Of a stretch of 64,000 nt of DNA, positions 15,301 to 29,975 are shown piece by piece; the stretch's first letter is position 1; the number at the start of each line of letters is the position of its first letter. A program made the translations under genes and the position numbers. Under the pieces are notes generated by a model, which searched no databases, was not told the DNA's origin, and was given only the letters and a program-made list of their open reading frames with translations. The stretch lies in the NCBI RefSeq assembly GCF_009914755.1, contig NC_060940.1. One strand, written 5' to 3'. The DNA comes from the human T2T-CHM13v2.0 reference genome, Homo sapiens.

Positions 15301-16059
15301 AAGCCGCTTCTTCATCCCACACAATGGAAACCAGAGCCCAGATTATATTAACGAGAAGTTCCAGAATTGCAGATGGCCCTTTGCTGCTTAGGGAGGGGGG
15401 AGAAGAAGAAGGAGAAAAAGAAGAAAAAGAAAAAGAGCAGGTGGAAACTTAAAAAAATGTTTAGCTGCATGTAGATGGCTTTTATTATAACTGCTAGGCT
15501 GAACCAGAAGACTTGAGCTATGTAAAAATGTCACTTGCTCTTATCACGGTTCATAGAGATTACCTTTCAACGCGAGTTTCATTTTCATTTCTTCCAACAC
15601 TTAGAGAAGTGAACGAGGCAGTGACTCCTTTATTCCCTAACCCTCACCCAGCAACTTGCTTTTTCCTCTGTGTTTTGTGTCATTCTGTGTGATATTGCAT
15701 CAAGGCAATTCACGGCAGTGGTTGAACCAAAAGCAATTTAAGTCAAAAATGGACAAATATGGATGTCACTTATAAGGCTTGTTCAAAGGCCTTTGACATC
15801 ACTCAAAGCCTGAACACTTCTCAGGAGTGGGATACTTTTTTTTATTATTATTTTTTATTTTCTAGCAGTGCAAGATTGAAGATTTAATACAGACCTCTTA
15901 GGCGTCTGCGTGGTTCTTACCTAGAAACTGTTTATTGGTGAACCAAATATTTTGTATCTTATACCAAGAAAGAGGGGCTGACAAAGATTGAGTGATTAGA
16001 AATCCAAGTGAATTTCTATTTATTATTTTGACTTGGTAATTTGTAATAACAATAGCCAC

Positions 16060-16260
16060 CATCTATCTATACTTCCTAGATTTGGGCATGGTGTTAGGAG
16101 TCTTATATTTATTATTTTACTTAATTTTCATAGTCATCCTGTGTAGAAATATCAATAAATATAAAGGTAAGTATTATTGTCCCCATTTTACAGATGAGAA
16201 AATGGAGTCCCAGGGACCTACCTGCTCAAGGGCACAGAAAGCTTGAATGAGTAAATTTAC
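16060..16260 (-). mobile_element. MIR SINE
   Basis: tattattgtccccattttacagatgagaaaatggag core. Confidence 0.7.
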
Positions 16261-16754
16261 TTTGTGTTGTTCCAAAGGTTTCTCCAAAGGTCTTTGCACC
16301 TCCCAAGGCTATTATCATTTTGAGAAAGACTGGCACAGTTAGAGGCCAGGAACCCATCTTGGCTGTGTGCCTTCTGCTTTGTCTCTGGGGTTGTGGGGAA
16401 GGCTGGTAGCTTGAGAGCCTCCTCCTTCAACTCTGTCAGGCTGCATGCACATTGGAAGGTAGCTTTTCAGGTTGTGGTGGGTGGTGGTGAAGCAGAGGGA
16501 TGCAAAGCAGGGTACGTGGAGGGCTGTGCCTTGGTCATTCCCAGGAAGCAAAGCGAGCGTCAAAAAAAGACAGGGTAGTTGGGCCATGGCGTTGCAGAGT
16601 GACAGTGAACCAGGAACCAGAAGAGCTGACTTCAGAGGAGGCTTTAGGCGCTCCTGCATGTTGATTCTTAGAGAACTAAAGACACAGTTGCATCTTAAAA
16701 TGTTGAGACTTACACGTATACACAATAAGAATATTTTCTTTGGCTGCAAATGTA

Positions 16755-17440
<686 letters not shown>

Positions 17441-18214
17441 AAATCAAATAACTGCTTAATATTTTGGGGGAAAAATTCAACAAGTAAATTCAAATCACCC
17501 ACGAGCCCACCACCCAGAGAGAGTCACCTGCTCTATTTTGATATATTTTCTCTTCCTCCCTTCCAGTCTCTCTCTTCTGTTCCTAGATATAAAATGGAGA
17601 GGTTTTAAAATGTAATTACATCTAACTATCCCCTGGCTTGGTAATATCCAACCTTTTCATGTCCTCAGAGAGGTCCAAAGGCTTTGCTGAAACTTGTTGG
17701 TTTGGCATTGATTTTGACAAAAGACAGCAACAAGATCCCCTTTCTAGGAACCCATGTGGATTACTATGGATTCAGAATGGATGCATTTTATGTACAGGGC
17801 TGTGACTTTTTCTTTCCCCTTCCTCATGCTAATAGGTGTTAATACTTTGCAATAAATATTACTTATGTCTATGAAATGAACTGCATCCCAGCCTGTCAGC
17901 ACATATTTATTTTCTCATTTTAGTTTCTCCAGGTTCTCACTGTTATGGAGGGTGGGGAGGGGGTAGAATAAGGTTAGGCTGGAGGGCATATCTGATTTGG
18001 AAAATACATCCCTGGTGATGTTCCTACCAAGTCACAGGCTTGGTTGGTGATGCTAAATTGGGACTGAGGAATGGGTTAGGAGAAGGCTTGAAGAACCCAC
18101 CTCCTAAAACCGTCTCATCATCGTCTAGAGATATTTCTCCAAGTGCTTTTGTTTCCAGTGACCTCCCAACCCCAGGAACTAGCGAAGCCTTCAGGCAGGT
18201 AAGCGCACAAATCC

Positions 18215-18425
18215 TGCATTTTCTAGTTAACCATATATTATTAGCTAGTGACTTGAGCAAGTTGCTTCATTTTCCTGATCCTCCATTCCCTTTTCTGAGC
18301 CACAGTTTCTTCGTCTTTGAGTAGAGTTAACAAATTACTGGGTGTTTGAAAGATCAAATGAGTTAGCACATGAGAACATGCTTTGCACAAACAAAGTTGT
18401 ATGCAAAATAAGTTATCATTATGGC
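18215..18425 (+). mobile_element. MIR SINE
   Basis: gtgacttgagcaagttgcttcat...gaagatcaaatgag. Confidence 0.6.
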
Positions 18426-18896
18426 ATGGGAGAAACTGTTTGTGGACATTGCCTCCCAGTTGACCCTCAGTGTGTACTTGTGGAATAATTTTTTAATATA
18501 AAATAATTACCATCACTAATCCTAACTGTGCACATTCTTGACTCTGTGACACTGAGCAAAATCCTGAACCTCTCTGTGCCTTGATTTCTTTCACGTCTTG
18601 TTCTAGTTTTGAAGAGCGATTCTTGTGTGAATTCAGGGAGAGGAGGCATGAGGCATGGTAAGGCCACCGTACGTCTGTGGTTGACAAATTCAGTAGGCCC
18701 ACAGTCAATGCAAAAGTCCTCTTGCCTCTGCAGCACAGTTACAATGAAGAGGAGCGATGGCATGGCATGATCCCACTACTTAGGGAGGCTAATTATGTAG
18801 TGTCTACAGAGCCAGTGGTTTATTTTGCATTGTTTATGTCAGCATTAAGCAGTATTCTTACACAGTTTGTAAGTCTTAAAACTCAGTATCTACTCT

Positions 18897-19195
18897 AGTA
18901 GTTGCTCCAAATGTGATGTCCTCATAAATCACCGAGGGATCTTGTTAAATTTGGATTCTGATTCAGTAGGTCTAGGTGGGGCCCGAGCTTCTTTGTTTCC
19001 TTTTCTTATTTAATTTTTGTGGGTACCTAGTAGGTGTGTATGTACATATATATGTATATATATATGTGGTTTTTTCAAAAAAATTGTGGGCACTTAGTAG
19101 GTATATATATTTGTGGTCTGTGTTTCTTATAAATTGGTGATCCCCCAGGGGATGCCTGCCTTGTTGGTCCAGGTAACACACTTGGAGTAGCAAAC
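18897..19195. mobile_element. MER5A (hAT-Charlie) fossil, interrupted by L1 tail fragments
   Basis: atcacc..gggatcttgttaaa...attctgattcagtaggtctaggtggggcccgag...ggtccaggtaacacacttggagtagca. Confidence 0.75.
19001..19116 (-). mobile_element. Two tandem extreme 3' ends of an L1MA/L1PB-type LINE
   Basis: ttgtggg(t/c)ac(c/t)tagtaggt(g/a)t...tatat(a/t)tgtgg twice; flanking repeat TCT(T/G)TGTTTC. Confidence 0.6.
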
Positions 19196-19203
19196 ATCTA
19201 GAC

Positions 19204-20220
19204 GTAGTTCTCAATAGTAGGACTATTGCCAGTGGAGGGGGCATTTTGGAAATTTGGAAAGGCATTTTGGTGGCCTTTGGCACTTAGCAGGTGGGGTCCA
19301 CGGGTCCATCCTGTGATGCCATAGGCAGTCCAATATAACAAAGAACTGCCCTCGTCCCGGTAACATACACCTGTGCCCCCAGACATTCATTTCGGTAAAA
19401 AACTTGTTTCCATTGATCTGACCCCAGAATTCCCTGTGCTTATACAGATACACAACGTGCACTGGGTCTTCCAGAAATGCAGGGGCCTTCTAAATCAAGG
19501 GAAGATTGTGTGGTGTTTTGTTCCAGTCTTTTACCAAGGTCTCAATACCATCTTGAAACATCATGCAGCACTGCTCATAATATTTGAGTCACCATAATGT
19601 GATCTGTCTACATATGTAGCTGTTTGTATTCATGGTGATTAAATAGTTGGGTGCTAGACATGCCCTTAGCGAGCAGCTCATGAGAGCAGATTTTGCCTGT
19701 TTCTTCCAAAATCTGGATTCAGTGACATCGTGTTGGTAGCTTGAAACTGACCGTGGTGAGAATATTTACACCATGGAAAGTGGCAAATGCTACTAATAAG
19801 GATGATTGTTTTAGTTTTCATTTTGTAATTTTCAGAGTTGGTTTACCAATATGATGTCTGTATTAAAATATATGTAATGCTGCTTTCAAAATGTTAAGTA
19901 TTATGAGAATACATTAACAAAACTCTGGCGAATTTTTTGTCTTATGTTTCTTGAATCCAAACCTATAAGTAGGTGCAAACATTAGACGATTTCATTTTGG
20001 GCTTCTGATACACTCCTGTCCGAGAAGTTACCTTTGAAAATGTGTACTATTTTATTGTCAATTATGTTTTCTTTAAAAAAAATTTATGACATATTACTTT
20101 TGCTAATTATGTGTGTGGGTAGATTATGTTATTCATGAATTTTATTTCAGGACCTTGGTAAGGGGTTATACAATATTTCTTTTGAAACGAGGGTCTCGAT
20201 TATTGGGCTTGAGTATCCTG
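19204..20220. mobile_element. MER20B-like hAT fossil
   Basis: gtagttctcaa start, gggggcattttggaaat, aacaaagaactgccc, ending ttgagtatcctg. Confidence 0.55.
19645..19860. mobile_element. MER63-type hAT fossil nested in MER20B
   Basis: ttcagtgacatcgtgttggtagcttgaaa...atatttacaccatggaaa..ggcaaatgctac. Confidence 0.7.
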
Positions 20221-20507
20221 ATCTAATTAATGCACTGGACAGAGCTGGCAGACGTGTGGGACACCCAGCTATTCTCTGGAAGGGAAGGGGGATATAAGAG
20301 ACACACTATAAAGGTGAATGGTAATCGGCATCTCCCCTTCAAGGGGACCAGGAGGATCTGAGCTGACTGGGTGCCTTTGTGGAAGTGTGTTTTGAACTGA
20401 GATTAGAGAGATCAGCAATGTATCTCTTAAAGTAATCCAGGAGGAGTTCATTTTCAACCGATTCAGCAGTGGAACACTTGAAGAGGAGGAAGTCAAAATT
20501 CAAAATG

Positions 20508-20822
20508 GGTTGGGTGCAGTGGCTCTCTCCTGTAATCTCAGCCCTTTTAGAAGCTGAGGCAGGAGGATTGCTTGAGGCCAAGAATTTGAGACCAGTCTGG
20601 GCAACATAGGCAGACCCCATCTCTAAAAAAAAAAAAAAAAAAAAATTAAATTAGCTGGGCTTGGTGGTGCACACCTGTAGGCTGAGCTGCTCGGGAGGCC
20701 AAGATGGGAGAATTGCTTGAGGCTGGATGTGTGTGGCTATGGTGAGCTAGGATCACGCTACTTTACTTCAACCTGGGTGAAAAAGTGACACCCTGTTTCA
20801 AAAAAGAAAAAGAAAACAAAAA
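20508..20822 (+). mobile_element. AluJ SINE
   Basis: Diverged dimer with long middle A-run. Confidence 0.9.
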
Positions 20823-20884
20823 GTTGGAAATGAGTGGGAAAGGATCTAAGATGATTGGAAACAGTGTACATAGAATACAAGAGG

Positions 20885-21170
20885 AGTTGGGCATGCTGGC
20901 TCATGCCTGTAATCCCAGCACTTTGGGAGGTCAAGGCGGATGGATTGCTGGAGCTCAGGAGTTTGAGAACATCCAGGGAAACATAGTGTGACCCCATTTC
21001 TACAAGAAGTAAAAAAAATCAACTCACACCTGTAGCCGCAGCTACTCAGGAGGCTGAGGCAGTAGATTCATTTGAGCCCAGGAGGCGGAGGTTGCAGTCA
21101 ACCAAGATCACGCCACTGCACACCAGCCGGGGGTGACAGAGTGAGACCCTATCTCAAATAAAAATAAAAA
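20885..21170 (+). mobile_element. Alu (J/S) with small internal deletion
   Basis: Dimer; TSD ATAGAATACAAG. Confidence 0.9.
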
Positions 21171-24100
21171 TAGAATACAAGGGGGGATAAAGATAGACTT
21201 AAAATACGCTCTCTAGAAAAAAGTAAGAAATATGGAAAGAAATCTAATTTAGAAAAATGCACGCACCCACAGGCACGCTTCACAGGACTGGCAGGTGGAG
21301 AGGATGTTTGTTAACAGGGCTGGCTATTTTACTTTAAGTGCTGCAAACATTGCACTAATGTTTGGGTCTTTGCTTTTGGCAATCACTTCTCTTGTTAATT
21401 TTTTTTTGGCACCATAGAAATGTTTCCATAAATAGTGCATTCAATGGAGTGTGTTACTTTATTACTGTCAGCCACTGTCCTAGGAGAGGAAAATTCAATA
21501 AACACAAAAGCAAAGATTAGAACGTTGAAAGCTTCCAATTCCAGATCCTTCATGAGCTTGTACCTCTAAAGAATGCGATTTTTCTATTTCTCCACCTGCA
21601 AAATTCTTACTTTTTGGGCTGGTAAAGCCACCTAGGTCAGTGCCATGTCCAACCCAATCTGGAAAACGATTATTGTGGTGCCTGTTTTGTTGACTTAACA
21701 AAGCCAATCGCCCATTCCTATGCTGCTAAGATGCGAATGCCCAGCTCAGGGGAGGAGATTACTGTCAGCTTTGCCTAAGCTTTGGGCATTAGCACCCTCC
21801 ATATGCAACAAACCCACAAATGAAATGTTTTGACTCTTTGACACAGAATGGTTGGAAATCACTTCCTTGGCCAGAGCAGGGGTCCGGTGTAAAGGAGGAA
21901 ATAAAAATAAAAAAGCATAAATGAATGAGGAAGTGAGCAAATCACACTCATCGAGGAGCAAAATAATTCATTCCCTCTCCGTGGCTCAGCATGGATGCAA
22001 ATAATGTATCATTAAGTAAGTCCCCAAAACAAAGACAGCCAGCATAACTGTTGCATCAAATATTTAGCCAGAGCCAAAAGCAATTTATTATGTTTTTTAA
22101 AATAAGTTTGATTTACTAACCTTCAGCACAATCCCTATTTTTAGAGGTTGGCTCATATTTTTAATTTGTTTTCTCTGAAGCGCTGCATCCTTGGTAGCGT
22201 TTCAGCTGTCCACTCGGTTCCTAATGGCAGAGCAACACCGAAAAGCGTAATTACATTTCCTAATTATGTGTAATTAGGCAAAACCCAGATGATGTATTCA
22301 ACATGCTCTGAGAATAGCCAGGGGTTAAAGACTGCTGGAATTTGGTAACATTTTTATAAATAAGCTGGTGCGTTATTTAACGTGGAGGTCTAAGGTGACG
22401 CTGGGTGCCTTGTAGACCGATACTGTGGTTGAAATCTATCGTATTTGTTTATTTAGCCAAGTAAAACTGTAAGTGATTCCCCACCTCCATACCTTCCCCT
22501 CTTTTGGAAACCAGAGTTTAGTTGTGCTATTCTTAGCCCAAGAGAGGCCCTCTAAACCCAGAACCATAAAGTTCTGCTTACTGACAGCCTAAGTGATATT
22601 TATTTTTTCAAAGCTTAATCCTTTTGAAACATGGAGAAATAAATACATCCTCTTATCTACCATATGCCTGGGATGGGAAATAAATTCTTATTTTCCTGCC
22701 GTGTGGTACCAGTGGGTTACGATGAATAATTTGGGCAGTCTCACTGAAGATAATAGGGAAGCCTTCTCTATTACCAGTGATAATTATGAATCTCATAATG
22801 GAAAACATCCTGAGCCCGAACATCAATCAGGGAAGATAAACAATGGGAAATGATAGGTGTACAAAAGGGAAAATGGCAACAGCACATGTGGAGGGAAAGA
22901 CCGCAGAATTCTGGCGGGGTTATAAATCATACAGTCAAATAATTTCCGTGCAATTAATATCCTCAAATTAAAACATACGTTTTTAAAGAAAGATTTTGCA
23001 GACTTTTAAGCTGGGCAACTGTCTGCCTTACAAGATGCGTCTGGAAACCCCAGTGCCATCCTCCTTTTTTAGTCTTGTATATTTATGTATCCCCGGCCAG
23101 AGTTGGCTGGGGCACAGTCTAACAGTGTCACCGTGTAAGCTGACCCAGTGACCTTGCTCTAGCTCACCAGGGACTGAGCATACACCAAAGTGGCCAGAGC
23201 TAGTGGTTGCTGACTCTCAGGATCTTTGGCCCTGACAGAACAACAAAGACTGGCCTATTGAGGCAGGAAGTCTTAACTTCCTTGGCCAGCCTGAAAGGCT
23301 GTCTCCAACCATGCGGACACAGCGCAGTGAAGCGGTTGGAAAAGCTACAGACAAATGGAAAACCTTCATTCCAAAGGGTCGTTGACTCCTCCTATTTAAT
23401 AGCCCTGCATTCATGCACTTTTTTTATCTTGCTGTCTTTTTTTTTTTTTTTAATCAAATACCAAAGTACTTCTATGGACTGGTCTTAAAAAAAAAAAAGA
23501 ATCCATTCATAACTGTGAAAAAATACTGCCTATTAGTCTGCTATTGTGGCTCAAAATGAAACTTAAGACTACATGGCTAATTTATTTACTGCATCATGGG
23601 TGAAGACCAACAAGGTTTCCAGCCTTTCCTCCTATCTGTCTGCATGTAGAAATTCACAGACCACGGCCATTCTGACATGAATATCAAATGAGAAGTTTTC
23701 CATTCCAAACCCTTTTTAGGAGCGGCCTGGAAACTGGAGTCAACTGTCAAATATGTCCTTATGGCCACAAAGTATGCTCATGGATTCTCTTTTACAGGCT
23801 TAGCATAATATTTTATAAAACATATTTTTAAAGAAAGTGTAATTTTCCCCCAAAAGCAAGGGTTTTCCAATGCCATATAATTTACTAAGTGTGGCTTTGC
23901 TGCGTAATAGTCCATAATTTATAGTCAGCCTCCACAAGGCAAAAAATAACTCCAAGCTATGATTAAGTAAGTAATGGACAAGGTAACTAATATTTCCGGA
24001 AGAATGGCCTTCCAGACACTCATTTTAAGTGACAAAATGGTTGAAGGTTGAGATATGTACTAATCCTGTACTAATTTAATGGAATCAAGAAATGACATTA

Positions 24101-24439
24101 TAAGCTGGCTTATGTGGGCACTTAAGACATGGAGCTGAGAGTGAATATGAGAGTGAATATTCTGCACGTCCATTTTAACGACCTTGTGCCTCATTTTCCC
24201 CATTTAAGGTAGATGGGTTTATGCCTAATTGTGCCACCAGTTTTTCCCATAAAATAATTCATTTGGAAGGGGTGGCCTAATCCAGTCTGAACCAATTCTA
24301 AGATGGTAGCGTGGATGCGGGAGGCACTGCACAGGATGGAAAGCATGGAGTTTGGAATCTGGCACAAGTGGATTTGAATTCAGACTTAGTCATCAGGAGC
24401 TGTGGGACCTTGGGAAAGGTTGGTTGGTTGGTTTGTTCC

Positions 24440-25782
24440 AGTTTTTAAATTTTGAAATAAATGTTGGCTTACAGAAAAGCCATAAAAAATACTGCAAAGA
24501 TTTCCCATGTACTCTTCACTCAGCTTCCCCTAATACTAACATGATACATTTTTCAGCACTGAGAAGTTAACCTTGTTATGATGCTATTAACTACACTCAG
24601 ACTATAACTGACCAACAGACTTTATTTGGATTTGACGGTGTGTCCTCTTCCTTCTTTTACAACCAGATACCACCTGGCATTTATTATCATATCTCTCCAG
24701 TCCCCTCTGGTCTGGGACAGTTTCTCATGCATTATTTTTTTTAATGGCCTTGAAATTTTTGAAGAGTTCCGGTCAGTTATTTTGTAGAATGCCCGTAATT
24801 TGGGTTTGTCTGATGTGTTCTCTTGATTAGAATGACGTGGTGCATTTTTGGGAGGAATATACATAAGTGATGTGCCATTCTTCGGCCATCAAGTCAGAGG
24901 ATGTGTAATGTGAAAATATCTTATTACTAGTGATGTTAGCCTTGACCTCTCGGTTAACGTGGTATCTGCCAGATTTCTCCACTGTAAAGGATCATTTTTT
25001 TCCTTTGTAATTAATAAATATATTGGGGGAGGTACTTTGGGACTACTTCTCAAATTTTCATCCATTAATTTTAGCATCCCTCTGGGGATCTTGCCTGCAA
25101 TGATTAATACTGTGGTATTCTCATGACTGATATTGTCTTTCTGTCATGCCTTCTATTTTTTGGTGGGAATTCTTCTACATGGAAGGCTGTTTCTTCTTCT
25201 CCATTTATATTGGTATGGATACGTGAATATTTAGTTTATTCTGTAGGTCATAATACGACAGTATTGTGATATATTTTGGTGCTCAAATTGTTCCGGCTTT
25301 GGCCCATAGGAGGTCTTTCGGGCAGGTTCCTGCACCCTTTTGACATGCCCCGTTCTTTTTTGAGCACTTTCTTATTTTTTGGCACTGTAAGAGGCTTTAC
25401 ACTGTCATCTTGGACTTCCCTGCCTCAGTCTTGGAATTAACTCATTCTCCATGGAGGCTTGGTTCGTTTTATTATAGAATCATATTTAGAACTAAGATCT
25501 AGGTGCTAGTTGCGCTCATTACTGCTGGAGTGTCATTGCTTCTAGAACTTCTCAACAGAGTTTAGAAATATGTGTATTATACAAACCCATGCACATACAC
25601 CTATCTCCATTTATTCCTGTATCTCTGTGTATATTATAATTTTAGTATATTTATATTTCTTTCTGGACACATTCCATTATTTGTTCATATATTTATAACA
25701 TATCAGTGTCTATTATAAATTATATATATGTACACTTTAATGTGTGTTTGTACCTAATTCCAATCCAACACAACAACTGGGT
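24440..25782 (-). mobile_element. L1MC-type LINE 3' region inserted into a MIR (MIR halves at about 24330-24420 and 25975-26040)
   Basis: tttaaattttgaaataa..cttacagaaaag...cagcttcccctaat...ttgtagaatgccc..aatttgggtttgtctgatg; MIR resumes with ctcagtttcttcttctataagatgg. Confidence 0.7.
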
Positions 25783-25936
25783 TTTTTCAAACTTGTTTCT
25801 TTGTTTTTTTCTTTTTGTGGAGAGCAGGGTCTTGCTATGTTGCCCAGCTCAGTCTCAAAGTCCTGGGCTCAAGCGATTCTCCCGCCTCAGCTTCCCTAAG
25901 TGTTGGGATTACAGACTTGAGCCACTGCATCTAGCC
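25783..25936 (-). mobile_element. FLAM / free left Alu monomer
   Basis: Antisense left monomer; TSD ACAACTG(G/A)GTT. Confidence 0.85.
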
Positions 25937-26044
25937 ACAACTGAGTTCATTATTCTGAGCTTTCTTTGGGATGTTATTTAACTCTCAGTTTCTTCTTCTA
26001 TAAGATGGAAATAATAACAACTAAAGGCTAGGATTTGGGGAAGG

Positions 26045-26505
26045 TATGGTAAATTGTAAAAATGGTAGCTTGTTTAAAAAAAAAAAGAAGAAGAAAAAGG
26101 AAAACAGTATTTCCCTCACCGCATCAACACCTGTCGTGTATGACTGGCATTGCCCAGTGGAATCTTAGCAGCAGAGGCATGACAAGCGGTCAGATACTGG
26201 GACTTTCTGTTTCGTTGCTTACAACCCTGTGACCACTGCACGAACAACCCTGAGCTGACCTGCTGGAGCATGGTGGCCACATAAAGGGAGAGTGGTTGCC
26301 CCAGCTGATAGCCTGTCGGTGCCTGGCATATGAGTGAGGTCCCTCTAGAGTCATCTAGCTACTAGCCAAGCTACCACCTGACCCCAGACACACCAGAGAA
26401 AGAGCACAGCCCATTCGCGGACTCAGAAACTAAATATAAGAAAAATGGTCACTGTTGTTACTCACTGGGTTTTGCAGGGGTTTAATATCCAGCAAATGCC
26501 AATGA
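26045..26505 (+). mobile_element. MLT1G/H-type MaLR LTR
   Basis: tgtaaaaatgg...gacctgctggag...atatgagtgagg...cactgggttttg..gggttt...cagcaa. Confidence 0.6.
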
Positions 26506-27103
26506 ATTAGAGTTGACATACGGAAAACAAGTAAGAGTAACTTTGTACACCGTGGGCTCCCAATCAGTGCTGCTTTTCGTTGTTGATGTTGTTGTTAATG
26601 TTGAAAAAATCTTCAAGTCATGTTTGCCCCCACAGACCTTCCCAGACAGTCTAACTAAATGCACTGTATTTGCTAACTGTTGGAACTTGGCTTTTGGACT
26701 AGACCAGCACCTCGAGAAAGAACCACTGTTAAAATGTAAGGCTCTGAGTGTTTATCAGCTCACACCAAGGAAGAGAGAGCTCAGGAGCGACTGGGCATGA
26801 GGTGGAGTGAGCACTGTGAATGCTGGGGAATGGAAAGTCCTTTATCTGGTGTTGCCTAAGGGTACGGGGAACCTGGCCTGGTGTTGGGAGGAAACAGGGT
26901 GCAGAGTGGGAAGGGCAGGAGTATCTAAGTGGCCAAATTTAGCCTAATTAACAGATTTGCCTAGGGCTGACCCTGAAGCAGAAAGCAAAGCCTAGATCAG
27001 TCTGCTCTCCTCCTACCAACAGGGTAATGATGAGGTTGAACCACCAGTTCTCAATCCCATACATGAGATTCCCAAAATAGACGGGAGTTACACAGAGACC
27101 TTT

Positions 27104-27149
27104 TTTTTTTTAACCTCCTCTGAGATTTTTTTTAACCTCCTCTGAGATT
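27104..27149. repeat. 22-bp tandem duplication
   Basis: TTTTTTTTAACCTCCTCTGAGA twice. Confidence 0.9.
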
Positions 27150-27590
27150 CTGTATTTCCTTAATGACCCGAAAAATCTATTTAGCCCAGTTTTTATCCTT
27201 GCAGATAAGTTAGTACGCTTCTTTTTCTGCTGGTTGTGATCATATTTCTATTTAGGGGTAAAGGTGCTGAAAATCATTTGCTGCGATGACTCGCAAAGGC
27301 ATAGTTACCATGAGCAGCAGTAGGATGGGTGGCCACCAGACTGCCATGGGCATGATCACTGTTGACAATCTTGCCACAGCTCCCCAGGGTCTACTTGGTG
27401 TCCCACGGAGGACAGTCTATACAGTAACTCAACATTAACTGTGTACCCCTCCTAGTTTGGCCACTGTTCTGCCCAAACATACAAGAGTCAATGTAAGTCT
27501 CTGGGAGCACTCACCTTTGGGCATGTTGCTACAGAGTCACTCATTCCTAGAAATTGCGAAGTCACGAAGTTGTCAAAAAACACAACGACA

Positions 27591-28009
<419 letters not shown>

Positions 28010-28090
28010 CTAATCTTGATGCAGTGAGCAAAGGGAGAGGTTTATATTGTTCTTACCTGAGCCAAAGGACCCATAAAAAATAGAGTGATA

Positions 28091-28389
<299 letters not shown>

Positions 28390-28447
28390 TAGAGTGATAG
28401 AGTGAGAATTTGGCTTTTAGTCTACAGAAGTTTTCACTACCAGTTTC

Positions 28448-28480
28448 TGTGTGTGTGAGTGTGTGTGAGTGTGTGTGTGT
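28448..28480. repeat. (TG)n microsatellite, interrupted
   Basis: Visible TG run with two AG interruptions. Confidence 0.9.
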
Positions 28481-29849
28481 AAAATACCAAAGAGAAAACA
28501 ATAAAAAAATAGAGAAAATAATAATAACTAGCCAATGTGTCATCACTCCAGACAACAGCCATGGTCAGTATTTGGTTAACCCATTCAGATTTTCCCCTAT
28601 GAATGAGTTTTTTCGCCTCCATAATATTAGTTATAATACATTGATACTACATCCCGAGTGTTTCACTTAACATTATAGCACAAGTGTCTTCCCCTGTTGT
28701 AACATAGTGATTATTAATGTCAAATATCAGCTAGATAAAAGCTGTCAAGTGATAGAAAGTCCTTATAGCTCATAAACTCTTCAATAACTGGGAATTTATA
28801 CCGTTTATAGTTTTTTTACTGCTAAGAATAATGTTGCAATGAAACGTTTGTATATAATGCTGTTTAGTCCCCTCTCCCCCATTGTTTACGATTCCTTGGA
28901 GTTCCACTGCTACTTCATATTTACCATCACCATCCTTGTTCACCATTGTTGAAGCTTTATGTAATGACGAGCCTCATCCAGGACCTACTTGTGTCTCTGT
29001 GCCAGTCACTGCCTGTGAACCAGGGGTGTGTGGACTCAGGGCTCAATTCAAAAAAGAACCCAATCTTATTGGGACAAACAGATATTGATACCCCTGGTCT
29101 TTGAGCCCCACTGTCTTTTCACACTAATGAGTTCTTAGTGTCTATTTTTGGTGATTGAGTAGAACTTGGTGCCATATTGGCTCAACATGGAAGATTTCTG
29201 TGATCACTTATTGATCAGTCATGAATAAGGAATCGGGATGGCAGTCGGGAGTGTGCCAACACCTCTCTCAGTATTCTGGGTCTCTCTGCATGTAGTGTTT
29301 CTTTTGCAGCTCCTAGAGATAAATTTTTTAATGTATTACATGTGAGTTATTTGAAAGAGGGTAGGTGTGGACAGTGAGGCCAGGTGACTTAATTTCCAGA
29401 AGCTTGCCTGTGGTATTTACCTTGATGAGTTCATTAACAATATGGCTTTCACCCTCAAACTTGCTCATTCAGAAATTAGACTTTGTGAGCCCACTAAGAG
29501 TAGGTCTTTCTGTTAGGTACAGACTCTACAATAACCAAATTCACAGAAACTGATGTGTAAACCCAGGGTCATAAACAATAATTTTCAACAGGAGCTATAA
29601 TTATCACATAGTTTGAAATGCTCTTGTTAATCTGAGTAGGAAGAGAGGATGAGAATTTTCTTATAGGTGGAACTACAGAAAAAGAGTTTACTTATAGGCA
29701 GAAGTACGGGTACTGAGCCAAGTGACATTGTAAGTTATTTAATTGGCAAATGATTAAAGCAAAGGTCATTGCCTATATGACTCAAATGCTTGGTTGCCTC
29801 AGAAGATAATGAGCCTGATACTTTCACAGTGAAGCTGTATTGCACGTTT

Positions 29850-29975
29850 GTGTTTGTTTATTTTCCATCTTTCCCACTAGACGGTGAGGGACTTTATCTG
29901 TCTCATTCACCACTTTGTCCAACCTAGGACAGTGTCAGACACATAGAGATGCTCAATAAATCTTGGCTGAGTCAA
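29850..29975 (+). mobile_element. L2 3' end
   Basis: cccactagac..tgagggac...acagtgtcagacacatagagatgctcaataaat. Confidence 0.7.

Noticed and set aside
24137-24160. 12-bp tandem duplication GAGAGTGAATAT (similar small ones at about 12700, 31425-31461 and 47340)
   Set aside because: Ordinary slippage duplications with no functional indication.
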